Shown: one piece after another, positions 13,402 through 26,759 of the stretch
How the letters are laid out: every line of letters starts with the position of its first letter
Position numbering within the stretch: the first letter of the stretch is position 1
NCBI GenBank assembly: GCA_964016885.1
Contig: OZ024743.1
Span: 269,576,001 to 269,640,000, forward strand
Direction of reading: 5' to 3'
DNA length: 64,000 nucleotides
Source of the DNA: Eledone cirrhosa
Taxonomy: Eukaryota
Notes under the pieces: model-generated
Database searches by the model: none
The model's input: the letters and a program-made list of their open reading frames with translations, nothing else
What the model was told of the DNA's origin: nothing
Made by a program: the position numbers and the translations under genes

Positions 13402-16400
13402 TGGTGGTGTGGTGGTTGTTGTGGTGATGGTGGTGGTAGTGGTTGTGTTGGTGTGGTGGTTGTTGTGGTGATGGTGGTGGTAGTGGTTGTGTTGGTGGTG
13501 GTTGTTGTGGTGGTGGTGGTGGTAGTGGTTGTGTTGGTGGTGGTGGTGTGGTGGTTGTTGTGGTGATGGTGGTGGTAGTGGTTGTGTTGGTGGTGGTTGT
13601 TGTGATGGTGGTGGTGGTAGTGGTTGTGTTGGTGGTGGTGGTGTGGTGGTTGTTGTGGTGATGGTGGTGGTAGTGGTTGTGTTGGTGGTGGTTGTTGTGA
13701 TGGTGGTGGTGGTAGTGGTTGTGTTGGTGGTGGTGGTGTGGTGGTTGTTGTGGTGATGGTGGTGGTAGTGGTTGTGTTGGTGGTGGCGGTGTGGTGGTTG
13801 TTGTGGTGATGGTGGTGGTAGTGGTTGTGTTGGTGGTGGTTGTTGTGGTGGTGGTGGTTGTGTTGGTGGTGGTGGTGTGGTCGTTGTTGTGGTGATGGTG
13901 GTGGTAGTGGTTGTGTTGGTGGTGGTTGTTGTGGTGGTGGTGGTTGTGTTGGTGGTGGTGGTGTGGTCGTTGTTGTGGTGATGGTGGTGGTAGTGGTTGT
14001 GTTGGTGGTGGTTGTTGTGGTGGTGGTGGTTGTGTTGGTGGTGGTGGTGTGGTCGTTGTTGTGGTGATGGTGGTGGTAGTGGTTGTGTTGGTGGTGGTTG
14101 TTGTGGTGGTGGTGGTTGTGTTGGTGGTGGTGGTGTGGTCGTTGTTGTGGTGATGGTGGTGGTAGTGGTTGTGTTGGTGGTGGTTGTTGTGGTGGTGGTG
14201 GTTGTGTTGGTGGTGGTGGTGTGGTCGTTGTTGTGGTGATGGTGGTGGTAGTGGTTGTGTTGGTGGTGGTTGTTGTGGTGGTGGTGGTTGTGTTGGTGGT
14301 GGTGGTGTGGTCGTTGTTGTGGTGATGGTGGTGGTAGTGGTTGTGTTGGTGGTGGTTGTTGTGGTGGTGGTGGTTGTGTTGGTGGTGGTGGTGTGGTCGT
14401 TGTTGTGGTGATGGTGGTGGTAGTGGTTGTGTTGGTGGTGGTTGTTGTGGTGGTGGTGGTTGTGGTGATGGTGGTGGTAGTGGTTGTGTTGGTGGTGGTT
14501 GTTGTGGTGGTGGTGGTTGTGGTGATGGTGGTGGTAGTGGTTGTGTTGGTGGTGGTTGTTGTGGTGGTGGTGGTTGTGGTGATGGTGGTGGTAGTGGTTG
14601 TGTTGGTGGTGGTTGTTGTGGTGGTGGTGGTTGTGTTGGTGGTGGTGGTGTGGTGGTTGTTGTGGTGGTGGTGGTGGTAGTGGTTGTGTTGGTGGTGGTG
14701 GTGTGGTCGTTGTTGTGGTGATGGTGGTGGTAGTGGTTGTGTTGGTGGTGGTGGTGTGGTGGTTGTTGTGGTGATGGTGGTGGTAGTGGTTGTGTTGGTG
14801 GTGGTTGTTGTGGTGGTGGTGGTTGTGTTGGTGGTGGTGGTGTGGTCGTTGTTGTGGTGATGGTGGTGGTAGTGGTTGTGTTGGTGGTGGTTGTTGTGGT
14901 GGTGGTGGTTGTGTTGGTGGTGGTGGTGTGGTCGTTGTTGTGGTGATGGTGGTGGTAGTGGTTGTGTTGGTGGTGGTTGTTGTGGTGGTGGTGGTTGTGG
15001 TGATGGTGGTGGTAGTGGTTGTGTTGGTGGTGGTTGTTGTGGTGGTGGTGGTTGTGGTGATGGTGGTGGTAGTGGTTGTGTTGGTGGTGGTTGTTGTGGT
15101 GGTGGTGGTTGTGGTGATGGTGGTGGTAGTGGTTGTGTTGGTGGTGGTTGTTGTGGTGGTGGTGGTTGTGTTGGTGGTGGTGGTGTGGTGGTTGTTGTGG
15201 TGGTGGTGGTGGTAGTGGTTGTGTTGGTGGTGGTTGTTGTGGTGGTGGTGGTTGTGTTGGTGGTGGTGGTGTGGTCGTTGTTGTGGTGGTGGTTGTGGTA
15301 GTGGTTGTGTTGGTGGTGGTTGTTGTGGTGGTGGTGGTTGTGTTGGTGGTGGTGGTGTGGTCGTTGTTGTGGTGGTGGTGGTGGTAGTGGTTGTGTTGGT
15401 GGTGGTTGTTGTGGTGGTGGTGGTTGTGGTGATGGTGGTGGTAGTGGTTGTGTTGGTGGTGGTTGTTGTGGTGGTGGTGGTTGTGTTGGTGGTGGTGGTG
15501 TGGTCGTTGTTGTGGTGGTGGTGGTGGTAGTGGTTGTGTTGGTGGTGGTGGTGTGGTGGTTGTTGTGGTGGTGGTGGTGGTAGTGGTTGTGTTGGTGGTG
15601 GTTGTTGTGGTGGTGGTGGTTGTGTTGGTGGTGGTGGTGTGGTCGTTGTTGTGGTGGTGGTGGTGGTAGTGGTTGTGTTGGTGGTGGTTGTTGTGGTGGT
15701 GGTGGTTGTGTTGGTGGTGGTGGTGTGGTCGTTGTTGTGGTGGTGGTGGTGGTAGTGGTTGTGTTGGTGGTGGTTGTTGTGGTGGTGGTGGTTGTGTTGG
15801 TGGTGGTGGTGTGGTCGTTGTTGTGGTGGTGGTGGTGGTAGTGGTTGTGTTGGTGGTGGTTGTTGTGGTGGTGGTGGTTGTGTTGGTGGTGGTGGTGTGG
15901 TCGTTGTTGTGGTGGTGGTGGTGGTAGTGGTTGTGTTGGTGGTGGTTGTTGTGGTGGTGGTGGTTGTGTTGGTGGTGGTGGTGTGGTCGTTGTTGTGGTG
16001 GTGGTGGTGGTAGTGGTTGTGTTGGTGGTGGTTGTTGTGGTGGTGGTGGTTGTGTTGGTGGTGGTGGTGTGGTCGTTGTTGTGGTGGTGGTGGTGGTAGT
16101 GGTTGTGTTGGTGGTGGTTGTTGTGGTGGTGGTGGTTGTGGTGATGGTGGTGGTAGTGGTTGTGTTGGTGGTGGTTGTTGTGGTGGTGGTGGTTGTGTTG
16201 GTGGTGGTGGTGTGGTCGTTGTTGTGGTGGTGGTGGTGGTAGTGGTTGTGTTGGTGGTGGTTGTTGTGGTGGTGGTGGTTGTGTTGGTGGTGGTGGTGTG
16301 GTCGTTGTTGTGGTGGTGGTGGTAGTGGTTGTGTTGGTGGTGGTTGTTGTGGTGGTGGTGGTTGTGTTGGTGGTGGTGGTGTGGTCGTTGTTGTGGTGGT

Positions 16401-17100
16401 GGTGGTGGTAGTGGTTGTGTTGGTGGTGGTTGTTGTGGTGGTGGTGGTTGTGTTGGTGGTGGTGGTGTGGTCGTTGTTGTGGTGGTGGTGGTGGTAGTGG
16501 TTGTGTTGGTGGTGGTTGTTGTGGTGGTGGTGGTTGTGTTGGTGGTGGTGGTGTGGTCGTTGTTGTGGTGGTGGTGGTGGTAGTGGTTGTGTTGGTGGTG
16601 GTTGTTGTGGTGGTGGTGGTTGTGTTGGTGGTGGTGGTGTGGTCGTTGTTGTGGTGGTGGTGGTGGTAGTGGTTGTGTTGGTGGTGGTTGTTGTGGTGGT
16701 GGTGGTTGTGGTGATGGTGGTGGTAGTGGTTGTGTTGGTGGTGGTTGTTGTGGTGGTGGTGGTTGTGTTGGTGGTGGTGGTGTGGTCGTTGTTGTGGTGG
16801 TGGTGGTGGTAGTGGTTGTGTTGGTGGTGGTTGTTGTGGTGGTGGTGGTTGTGTTGGTGGTGGTGGTGTGGTCGTTGTTGTGGTGGTGGTGGTGGTAGTG
16901 GTTGTGTTGGTGGTGGTTGTTGTGGTGGTGGTGGTTGTGTTGGTGGTGGTGGTGTGGTCGTTGTTGTGGTGGTGGTGGTGGTAGTGGTTGTGTTGGTGGT
17001 GGTTGTTGTGGTGGTGGTGGTTGTGTTGGTGGTGGTGGTGTGGTCGTTGTTGTGGTGGTGGTGGTGGTAGTGGTTGTGCTGGTTGTTGTTGTGGTGGTGG
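13402..17100. repeat. GGT/GTT minisatellite, mainly 86-bp unit with 57-bp and 53-bp variants
   Basis: ORF track repeats every 86 nt (13825, 13911, 13997...); diagnostic gtggtcgttgttg and ggtagtggttgtgttgg. Confidence 0.95.
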
Positions 17101-17499
17101 TGGTTGTTGTTGTTGTGGTGGTGGTTGTTGTTGTTGTTGTTGTTGTGGTGGTGGTGGTGGTTGAGGTTACAGTTGATGTTGTGGTTGTTGTTGTGGGTGG
17201 TGGTGGTAGTAGAAGTTACTGTCGTTGTTGTTGTGGCGGTTGTTGTTGTTGTGGTGGTTGTAGAAGTTACTGATGTTGTTGTGGTTGTTGTTGTGTTAGT
17301 GGTAGTTGGGGTTACAGTTGTTGTTGTTGGCTGGTGGTGGTTGAGGTTACAGTCGTTGTTGCACTGTTGGTGGTCGTTGAAGTTATTGTTGTTGTCGTGG
17401 TGGTGGTATTAGTAGTGGCAGTGTTGGCAGTGTTGTTGTCGTGGTATTAGTGGTGGCAGTGTTGTTGTTGTTGTTGTGGTGGTGGTGGTGGTGGTGGTG

Positions 17500-19875
17500 G
17501 TGGCAGTGTTGTTGTTTTAGTGGTGGTATTAGTAGTGGCGGTGGTGTTGTTGTTGGTGGTGGTGATAGTGGCGGTGGTGTTGTTGTTGTTGTTGGTGGTG
17601 GTGATAGTGGTGTTGTTTTAGTGGTGGTATTAGTAGTGGCGGTGGTGTTGTTGTTGGTGGTGGTGATAGTGGCGGTGGTGTTGTTGTTGTTGTTGGTGGT
17701 GGTGATAGTGGTGTTGTTTTAGTGGTGGTATTAGTAGTGGCGGTGGTGTTGTTGCTGGTAGTGGTGATGTTGTGGCTGGTGGTGTTGATAGTGGCGGTGG
17801 TGTTGTTGTTGTTGTTGGTGGTGGTGATGGTGGCGGTGGTGATGTTGTTGTTGGTGGTGATGATAGTGGCGGTGGTATTGTTGTTGTTGTTGGTGGTGGT
17901 GATAGTGGCGGTGGTGTTGTTGTTGTTGTTGGTGGTGGTGATAGTGGCGGTGGTGTTGTTGTTGTTGTTGTTGGTGGTGATAGTGGTGTTGTTGTTGTTG
18001 GTGGTGGTGATAGTGGCGGTGGTGTTGTTGTTGTTGGTGGTGGTGATAGTGGTGTTGTTGTTGTTGGGTGGTGGTGATAGTGGCGGTGGTGTTGTTGTTG
18101 GGTGGTGGTGGTGATAGTGGTGTTGTTGTTGTTGGGTGGTGGTGATAGTGGCGGTGGTGTTGTTGTTGGCTGGTGGTGGTGATAGTGGTGTTGTTGTTGT
18201 TGGGTGGTGGTGATAGTGGCGGTGGTGTTGTTGTTGTTGGTGGTGGTGATAGTGGTGTTGTTGTTGTTGGTGGTGGTGATAGTGGCGGTGGTGTTGTTGT
18301 TGGGTGGTGGTGGTGATAGTGGTGTTGTTGTTGTTGGGTGGTGGTGATAGTGGCGGTGGTGTTGTTGTTGGCTGGTGGTGGTGATAGTGGTGTTGTTGTT
18401 GTTGGGTGGTGGTGATAGTGGCGGTGGTGTTGTTGTTGTTGGTGGTGGTGATAGTGGTGTTGTTGTTGTTGGGTGGTGGTGATAGTGGCGGTGGTGTTGT
18501 TGTTGGGTGGTGGTGGTGATAGTGGTGTTGTTGTTGTTGGGTGGTGGTGATAGTGGCGGTGGTGTTGTTGTTGGGTGGTGGTGGTGATAGTGGTGTTGTT
18601 GTTGTTGGGTGGTGGTGATAGTGGCGGTGGTGTTGTTGTTGTTGGTGGTGGTGATAGTGGTGTTGTTGTTGTTGGGTGGTGGTGATAGTGGCGGTGGTGT
18701 TGTTGTTGTTGGTGGTGGTGATAGTGGCGGTGGTGTTGTTGTTGGGTGGTGGTGGTGATAGTGGTGTTGTTGTTGTTGTTGGTGGTGGTGATAGTGGCGG
18801 TGGTGTTGTTGTTGTTGGTGGTGGTGATAGTGGCGGTGGTGTTGTTGTTGTTGTTGGTGGTGGTGATAGTGGCGGTGGTGTTGTTGTTGTTGTTGTTGTT
18901 GGTGGTGGTGATGATAGTGGCGGTGGTGTTGTTGTTGTTGTTGTTGTTGGTGGTGGTGGTGATAGTGGCGGTGGTGTTGTTGTTGTTGGTGGTGGTGGTG
19001 ATAGTGGTGTTGTTGTTGTTGTTGGTGGTGGTGGTGATAGTGGCGGGGTGTTGTTGTTGTTGTTGGTGGTGGTGATAGTGGCGGTGGTGTTGTTGTTGGT
19101 GGTGGTGATAGTGGCGGTGGTGTTGTTGTTGTTGTTGTTGTTGGTGGTGGTGGTGATAGTGGCGGTGGTGTTGTTGTTGGTGGTGGTTATAGTGGCGGTG
19201 GTGTTGTTGTTGTTGTTGGTGGTGGTGATAGTGGTGTTGTTGTTGTTGTTGTTGTTGGTGGTGGTGATAGTGGCGGTGGTGTTGTTGTTGTTGTTGGTGG
19301 TGGTGATAGTGGCGGTGGTGTTGTTGTTGGTGGTGGTGATAGTGGCGGTGGTGTTGTTGTTGTTGTTGGTGGTGGTGATAGTGGTGTTGTTGTTGTTGTT
19401 GTTGTTGGTGGTGGTGATAGTGGCGGTGGTGTTGTTGTTGTTGTTGGTGGTGGTGATAGTGGCGGTGGTGTTGTTGTTGTTGTTGGTGGTGGTGATAGTG
19501 GCGGTGGTGTTGTTGTTGGTGGTGGTGATAGTGGCGGTGGTGTTGTTGTTGTTGTTGGTGGTGGTGATAGTGGTGTTGTTGTTGTTGTTGTTGTTGGTGG
19601 TGGTGATAGTGGCGGTGGTGTTGTTGTTGTTGTTGGTGGTGGTGATAGTGGCGGTGGTGTTGTTGTTGGTGGTGGTGATAGTGGCGGTGGTGTTGTTGTT
19701 GGTGGTGGTGATAGTGGCGGTGGTGTTGTTGTTGTTGTTGGTGGTGGTGATAGTGGTGTTGTTGTTGTTGTTGTTGTTGGTGGTGGTGATAGTGGCGGTG
19801 GTGTTGTTGTTGTTGGTGGTGGTGGTGATAGTGGCGGTGGTGTTGTTGTTGGTGGTGGTGATAGTGGCGGTGGTG

Positions 19876-19907
<32 letters not shown>

Positions 19908-20100
19908 GATAGTGGCGGTGGTGTTGTTGTTGGTGGTGGTTATAGTGGCGGTGGTGTTGTTGTTGTTGTTGGTGGTGGTGGTGTTGTTGTTGGTGGTGGT
20001 GGTGGTGATAGTGGCGGTGGTGTTGTTGTTGGTGGTGGTGATAGTGGCGGTGGTGTTGTTGTTGTTGTTGTGGTGGTGATAGTGGCGGTGGTGCTGTTGT
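17500..20100. repeat. ~27-36-bp variable minisatellite (ggtggtgatagtggcggtggtgttgttgtt)
   Basis: Direct inspection. Confidence 0.95.
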
Positions 20101-20329
20101 TGTCGTTAGTGGTGGTTGGGGCTGTGTTTGTTAGTGTAGTCGTGGTTCTGGGTCATCTTACTGATGTTGTTGTTATGGTTTACCTTATTTCCCTTGATCA
20201 TTCTCTTGGGCTTGTTATTGCTACTCTACGTGTATCTGTTCACGTTGTTTCTGTTGTTGTTATTGTTGGTGTTGTTGTTGTTTTTGTCCTTGTTCCTTTT
20301 ATTTTGTTGCTTTTCATTTTTACTGGGTC

Positions 20330-21640
20330 GCTAAAATAAAGTACCAGTAATGTACTGGGCAATTGCTGGCCTTGTGCCAGCAGTAGTAACAATTATTAAT
20401 ACAACTGTTGGTTGGCAGTATCGGTGGTTGGCAGGCGGTGGTTTGGCAGCATCGGTGGAGCTTCAGACACCATGTTTTGCAGCATAGTTATGGCTCTTTG
20501 CGTTCTGAGTTAAAATGCGCCGAGATTAACTTTGCCTTTCATCCCTACGCGGTCGATAAAATGAAATACCAGTAATACACTGGGATAATTGCTGGCCTTG
20601 TGCCAAAAGTAGAAACAATACAACTGTTCTTATGTTGTTGTTGTTGTTGTAGTTCTACTTTTTTTTCTGGTTTTACTTCTTATTATTACAATAGGGCTGT
20701 GAGGGAGGTGGATTGGCAGTATAGGTAGAGCGTCGGGCAATATTCTTTGCGGCATAGAGTTACGTCTCTTTACCTTCTGATTTCAAACCCGCCGAGGTTA
20801 GCTTTACCTTTCATCTTAAGGGATTGATAAAATAAAGTACTAGTAGCGCACTGGGGTCGATTTATATCCACTTTGCCCATCCCTTCAAATTGCCGGCTTT
20901 GTTCCAAAAGTAGAAACATTTATTAGTAAAGTGTAGCGTGATAGATTGGCTGTATCGGTAGAGTATCGGACAAACTACGTTGTGGCCTATAATTACGGCC
21001 CTTTGCGTTTTAAGTTCAAATCCCACTGAATTTAACTTTGCCTTACATCCAATTTTCACGCACATATTGAAATGTTTGAACATTTTTTCCTTAAGAAGAA
21101 ACCAAGTCTTACTTTGCCGCCAATTCCTTTAATAAATATATTTAATTTCTTAATTCTATGGGTTGTATTATAATCCTGTTTTCTTTGTTATAAACACATG
21201 CATATATACACATACATATATACACATACATATATACATATACATATATAGATATATAACTGTTATCATTATCATCGTCGAGGTCGATAAAATAAAGTAC
21301 CAGTAACTCACTGGGGTAGTTTTAATCGATTTTCCCACGTTCCCTTCAAATTAGAAACCATTAATCCCTCCGAGGTTAACTTTGCCTTTCATCCTTACGG
21401 GAGTCGATTAAATAAAGTACCAGTAATACACTGGGGTAATTGCTGGCCTTGTGCCAAAAGTCGAAACTATTATTACTATTGTTGTGACGTCGAACAACAT
21501 TTAGTTACAACTTTCTACGTTCTGTGTTCAAATCCCTTCGAGGTTAACTCTGCTTCTCATCCTTCCGAGATGTATAAAATGAAGTACCAGTCATATACTG
21601 GGTCGTGTAATCGACTTCCTCTCTCTACACAAATCGAAAT
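20330..21640 (+). mobile_element. Cluster of about 6 tandem SINE-A copies and fragments (tRNA-derived, Meta-domain-like core)
   Basis: Repeated ttggcagtatcggtagag...gagttcaaatccc..gaggttaactttgcctttcatcc..ggtcgataaaataaagtaccagt...gctggccttgtgccaaaagtagaaac. Confidence 0.85.
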
Positions 21641-21647
21641 CGTCATA

Positions 21648-21649
21648 AG

Positions 21650-21699
<50 letters not shown>

Positions 21700-21814
21700 C
21701 TTCTTCTTCTTCTTCTTCTTCTTCTTCTTCTTCTTCTTCTTCTTCTTCTTCTTCTTCTTCTTCTTCTTCTTCTTCTTCTTCTTCTTCTTCTTCTTCTTCT
21801 TCTTCTTCTTCTTC
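21648..21814. repeat. Compound (GTT)n(CTT)n microsatellite
   Basis: Direct inspection. Confidence 0.95.
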
Positions 21815-22222
21815 TCCACCCTCTCTGTTCCTCCTCCTGTTCTTCTCCTTCTTTCTACTTTTCACCTTCCACCCTCTCCTCTATCTCCTAGAACCTCACC
21901 TCATTCACCTCCCTCTCCTCCCTCTCCTAGCACCTCACCTCCTCCTCTCCTCTCCAGTAGTCTCTATTGGTTTTATCCTAATCCTTTGGTAATCTTTTGG
22001 CACTCACAGAGATCCGATGATAAGATTCTTCTGATTCGGTATATAGAAATATAATGACAAGTTAAGAAGGTAGAGACAGGAGGAGAGGGTTTAAGAGGGA
22101 GTAAGAGGATGGCAGGAAAGTGAGAGAGAATGTGGAAAGAGTTTGAAGAAGATGGGAGCGATATATATATATATATATATTTTGATAGATAGATAGATGA
22201 TAGATGTGTGTGTAAATATATA

Positions 22223-22286
<64 letters not shown>

Positions 22287-22360
22287 AGATAGTTTTATAA
22301 ACATCCAAAAGAAAGGTTGTGTAATATGTTTAAAATGTACGAAGAAAATAAAGAAGGAAA

Positions 22361-22396
<36 letters not shown>

Positions 22397-23049
22397 AAAA
22401 AGCCAGGAACTAAAGGCCGCTACGTGCATCCAATGGATAAAACTCAATTGATTCTACATTAAGATTGGCATTAAAAGACAGTCAAGAAGTTACGATTCAG
22501 ATAATCCTGGAATAACCACCTACTAACGTTCGTAAAATAATACCACAGTCTCACAAACTTACCAATCTTCACTTTATCAATATATTATTAACAATTCTTT
22601 ATTTAGCCCTTTCTCTACCGTTTTAGTAACAAAAGACACATCTTGTTATTTTCAAATGATTTTGATTATAATGAATAATTTATAGGGATATAAAAATGAA
22701 ACTAAATTTTTCGTTACTAAAATGGTGTGTGGAACATAACCTAAGAACATTTCTTATGTTAAATTTTGATGGAATGTGTAAATTTAAATCTAACCCTTTA
22801 AAACAAACAGGCCACAGGTGAAAAATAACGCCTATCTAGAGTATAGTTTCTGCCTTTCCCCACTTCCCTATTTATCATTATTGAGCATTTGCTTCTTTTT
22901 TTTTCTCTTCATATTTATTATATTGAGCATAGTATTAATGTAAGTTAGTATTAAATAATACAATAGACAGAAACCCACGATGTTTTCTTAGTGAAATTAA
23001 GAGAGTTTACGATTCAAACGGCTGTGTATTATAAAAAAAACAACAAGGG

Positions 23050-23470
23050 TAGTGAATTAGCAGTATCGGTAGAGGGTCGGATGCCATGCTTTGCAGCATA
23101 GAGTTATGGCCCTTTAAGTTCTGAATTAAAATCCGCCGAGGTTAACTTTGCCTTTCCTCCTTACGGGGTCGATAAAATAAAGCACCAGTAATGCACTGGC
23201 GTAATTGCTGGCCTTGTGCCAAAAGTAGAAACAATTATTTTTAAAAAATGGGTGGGGGGTTGGCAGTATCGGTAGAGGGTCGGACGCCATGCTTTGCAGC
23301 ATAGAGTACGGCCTCTTATGATCTGAGTTCAAATCCCGCCGAGGTTAACTTTGCCTTTCATCCTTACGGGGTCGATAAAATAAAGTACCAGTCACGCACT
23401 GGGGTCCATTTAATCGACTTTCCCCTCATCCAAAATTGCTGGCGTTGTGCCTATACAAGAAACCATTATT
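23050..23470 (+). mobile_element. Two tandem SINE-A copies
   Basis: Full consensus at 23050-23240 and 23255-23470, with a B-box-like GAGTTCAAATC. Confidence 0.85.
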
Positions 23471-24171
23471 TAAAAAAAAGGGTGAGTCTGGTTCCATGTG
23501 GTTCGTTATCAACTTAGCTTTTCAATCTTTTCATGTCGATAAAGTACTATTTTAGCAGTGAAGGTGATTCTTTTCTATTTTTCTTTATCAATTTCCCCCT
23601 TTTTCTTACCCTCTCTCTCCCTTTCTTTTATCCCCCCCCCTCTCTTTCCTCTCTCTTCTTTTCCTCTCCCACTTCACTCCCTCTTTTTCTTCCTCTCTTC
23701 CCCGTCTCTCCCTTTCTCTTCTCAGCCTCTTTCCTTCTCTGCTCCCCCCTCTCTCTGTCACCAAGAAAACGGCTATATTACCATTGTAAGTCAAGACGGC
23801 GCCCTACGATTCCATCAAGAGTTAAAGGCTCTTTAATTTTTTATTTTACTGTAGTTAAAGCTGTTAACACTTCTGCTGCTGTTGTTATTGCTGTTGCTGT
23901 TGCTGCTGCTGCGACTTTGTCATTTTACCTGCTGCTTGTGTTGCTGGTGCTGCTCTTACCATTGTACATGTTACGTTTGTCCCGGTCTTTTGTTGTTGAT
24001 GTTGTAGCTGTCGTTGTTATAGTTGCCGTTGTCATTGTACACTGTGTTGGTGTAGTTGCTGTTATTGTTGTTGTTGTTTATTCAATTGTTGCCGAGTACG
24101 TGCCTAGAATTTAGTTTCAATCCAGCTCAGATCAAATATCGTATATTTGACGTAAGTATGGACGTCAAAGT

Positions 24172-24202
<31 letters not shown>

Positions 24203-24767
24203 CAAACATAAATACACCCATACATACACTCACATACACACACTCAAACACACACACACACGCACACTCACATATAAACATTCACATACACATACAAACA
24301 TAAACACACCCATACACACACTCACATACACACACTCGCATACACACACACACAGACTCACACACATAGACAAAGACATACATACAGATATACACTCATA
24401 CACACCCATACATACACTCACACACACACATACACCCATACACATTCACATACACACACACACACATACACACACAGAGTCACACAGAAACACATACATA
24501 CAGATATACACTCATACACACCCATACATACACTCACACACACACACACCCATACACATTCACATACACACACACAAACACATACACACACAGACTCACA
24601 CAGAAACACATACATACACTCATACACACATACGTTCATACACACACATATATACAATATATATATTACATGCCAGGCTCTTTAGTACACTCCTCATAAG
24701 CAGCCTGTTTTGTCTCCACTACCGAGATTTAGCACGAATAATAATACATACTGATATATAAACGCAA

Positions 24768-24871
<104 letters not shown>

Positions 24872-24954
24872 ACGTGTGTGTGTATGTATGTATGGATTTA
24901 TGTATATATATAAATGTGGATATATAGGCATATATGCCTGTCTGCCTCTCTCTC

Positions 24955-24992
<38 letters not shown>

Positions 24993-24995
<3 letters not shown>

Positions 24996-25183
24996 CAAAG
25001 GAATTGTGGTAAGGAACCAGATGGACCATAACGCACCAGAGTACTCAATACTTAGGGTAGTAGAGTGGGAAATAAGAAAAAGTATGACCCCGACGGCAGG
25101 TCTCAAGCCGTTTCGACGGCTATTTCTGAGTTCAGAAATAGCCGTCGAAACGGCTTGAGCTCTGCCGTCGGGGTCATACTTTT

Positions 25184-25186
<3 letters not shown>
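24993..25186. mobile_element. Fold-back PLE pLTR fragment, family F1 (HHR 3' half in both arms)
   Basis: Near-perfect palindrome 25077-25184 containing GAAAC-GGC..GCC-GTC-GGGG. Same family at 43651 and 46959; flanked by (TA)n. Confidence 0.75.
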
Positions 25187-25232
<46 letters not shown>

Positions 25233-25237
25233 TAATA

Positions 25238-25378
25238 ATTAACTCCGTACTCGCACCACCAACTACACAAGCGAAGACGGGTGAGCTGCATTACGTTGAG
25301 TACTCTTCATAATATTACATCAAGATTGACCATATGGAATGACCAATTCTATCCAGTGGTGAACCAACAAACCTAAAT
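25238..25378 (+). mobile_element. ~140-bp microsatellite-embedded repeat (putative PLE 3' end)
   Basis: Closely matches 60222-60363 (tccgtactcgcaccaccaac...ttctatccagtggtgaaccaacaaacctaaat); followed by (TA)n. Confidence 0.65.
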
Positions 25379-25444
25379 ATATATATATATATATATATAT
25401 ATACGATAGTAAACAAATGGAAACTATATTTATAAAACCATATT

Positions 25445-25510
25445 TATTTCATTATACATATTTCAGGGATACCATATTAAAAATATGGCATGCCTTCGTC
25501 AGATAAAATA
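25445..25510 (-). ncRNA. Type I hammerhead ribozyme in a solo 3' pLTR of the 39-42 kb Penelope family
   Basis: Minus strand: tattttat-CTGACGA-aggcatgccatatt/aatatggtatccct-GAAA-tatgt-ATA-atgaaata. Helix I is 8 bp with one G-U. The downstream tail is shared with 39075-39110. Confidence 0.7.
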
Positions 25511-25559
25511 CAATATATAAACTGTTTTATAAATAATTTTGACGTACCATAAATATAAG

Positions 25560-25638
<79 letters not shown>

Positions 25639-25822
25639 GGGTGTATGTATGTATATATTAATATACATACACACATACTCCTGCATATACTCTTATCTCA
25701 GGAAATTTACGCTTGATGTATGTATATATATATGTATATATGGACGTATGCATACATGTGTTTATATGTATGCATTCATATATGTATGTATTTATATGTG
25801 TGTGTGGTATATTGTATATAGG

Positions 25823-25905
<83 letters not shown>

Positions 25906-26088
25906 CGTTATTCCGGGTTGAATCGGAGGTAACTACAGTAAGTAAGGTACTCAATACATAGCAGAGTATAGAAGTTTTAATATAGATGAGATTCTACAGG
26001 ACTAGAACTGTTTCATTCTTTAGAAATCATCATTCTAAAGAATGAAACAGTTCTAGTCCTGTAGAATCTCATCTATATTAAAACTATA
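25906..26088. mobile_element. Fold-back element with an HHR remnant at its apex
   Basis: Arms ~25973-26024 and 26033-26085. Minus strand reads (a)TGATGA-tttctaaagaat-GAAAC-agttcta-GTC-ctg. Flanked by (TA)n. Confidence 0.65.
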
Positions 26089-26404
26089 TATATATATATA
26101 ATATTTCAATCACTTGATTTTATGCTCGTAATTTAAAGTGTTTCAAGATACGAGCCAACAAGTCGATCCAAGATTTCGGAAAATGTTAACAATGTTATAA
26201 GGTGGTGAAAATAATGTACATGTTTCAATCGTGTTAGACCTCAACCCTGATGCATATTGCTTGACTTAGTATGGTCCAAATGTATTGTAATAAAGAGAAC
26301 ATTTACGGTGATTATGCCTATCAACATTGCAAGGTGGAAAATTATCACAACAGAGTGTTCTGAAAGATATATGTATATGAGTCTCACACAGACATATAAT
26401 GATT

Positions 26405-26622
26405 TCTAGTATAGGCACAAGGCCAGTAATTTAGGAGGGAGGGGGAGGTGAATGTCGATTAAATCGACACCAGTGCATTACTGGTGCTTTATTTTATCGA
26501 CCCCATAAGGTTAAAAGGCAAAGTTAACCGCGGCGGGATTTGAACTCAGACCGTAAAGGGCCGTAACCCTATGCTGCACAGCATGGTGTCCGACTCTCTA
26601 TCGATACTGACAATCCACCGCC
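26405..26622 (-). mobile_element. SINE-A copy
   Basis: Reverse complement of the SINE-A consensus. Confidence 0.85.
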
Positions 26623-26759
26623 CTACACAGATATATAATAACAACTATATCTTTTTTGTCTGTCTGTCACACAAACGCACACTTCTCTCAAATCACCCTT
26701 TAAGAAATCACCAAATCAACGTCTCCAGCATTTTACTCATATACAACTCAATGCAAACA

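Noticed and set aside
13378-20339. Staggered Gly/Cys/Val ORFs; possible CRISPR-like periodicity
   Set aside because: The 86-bp unit shifts frame each repeat, there are no unique spacers and no cas genes; this is a minisatellite.
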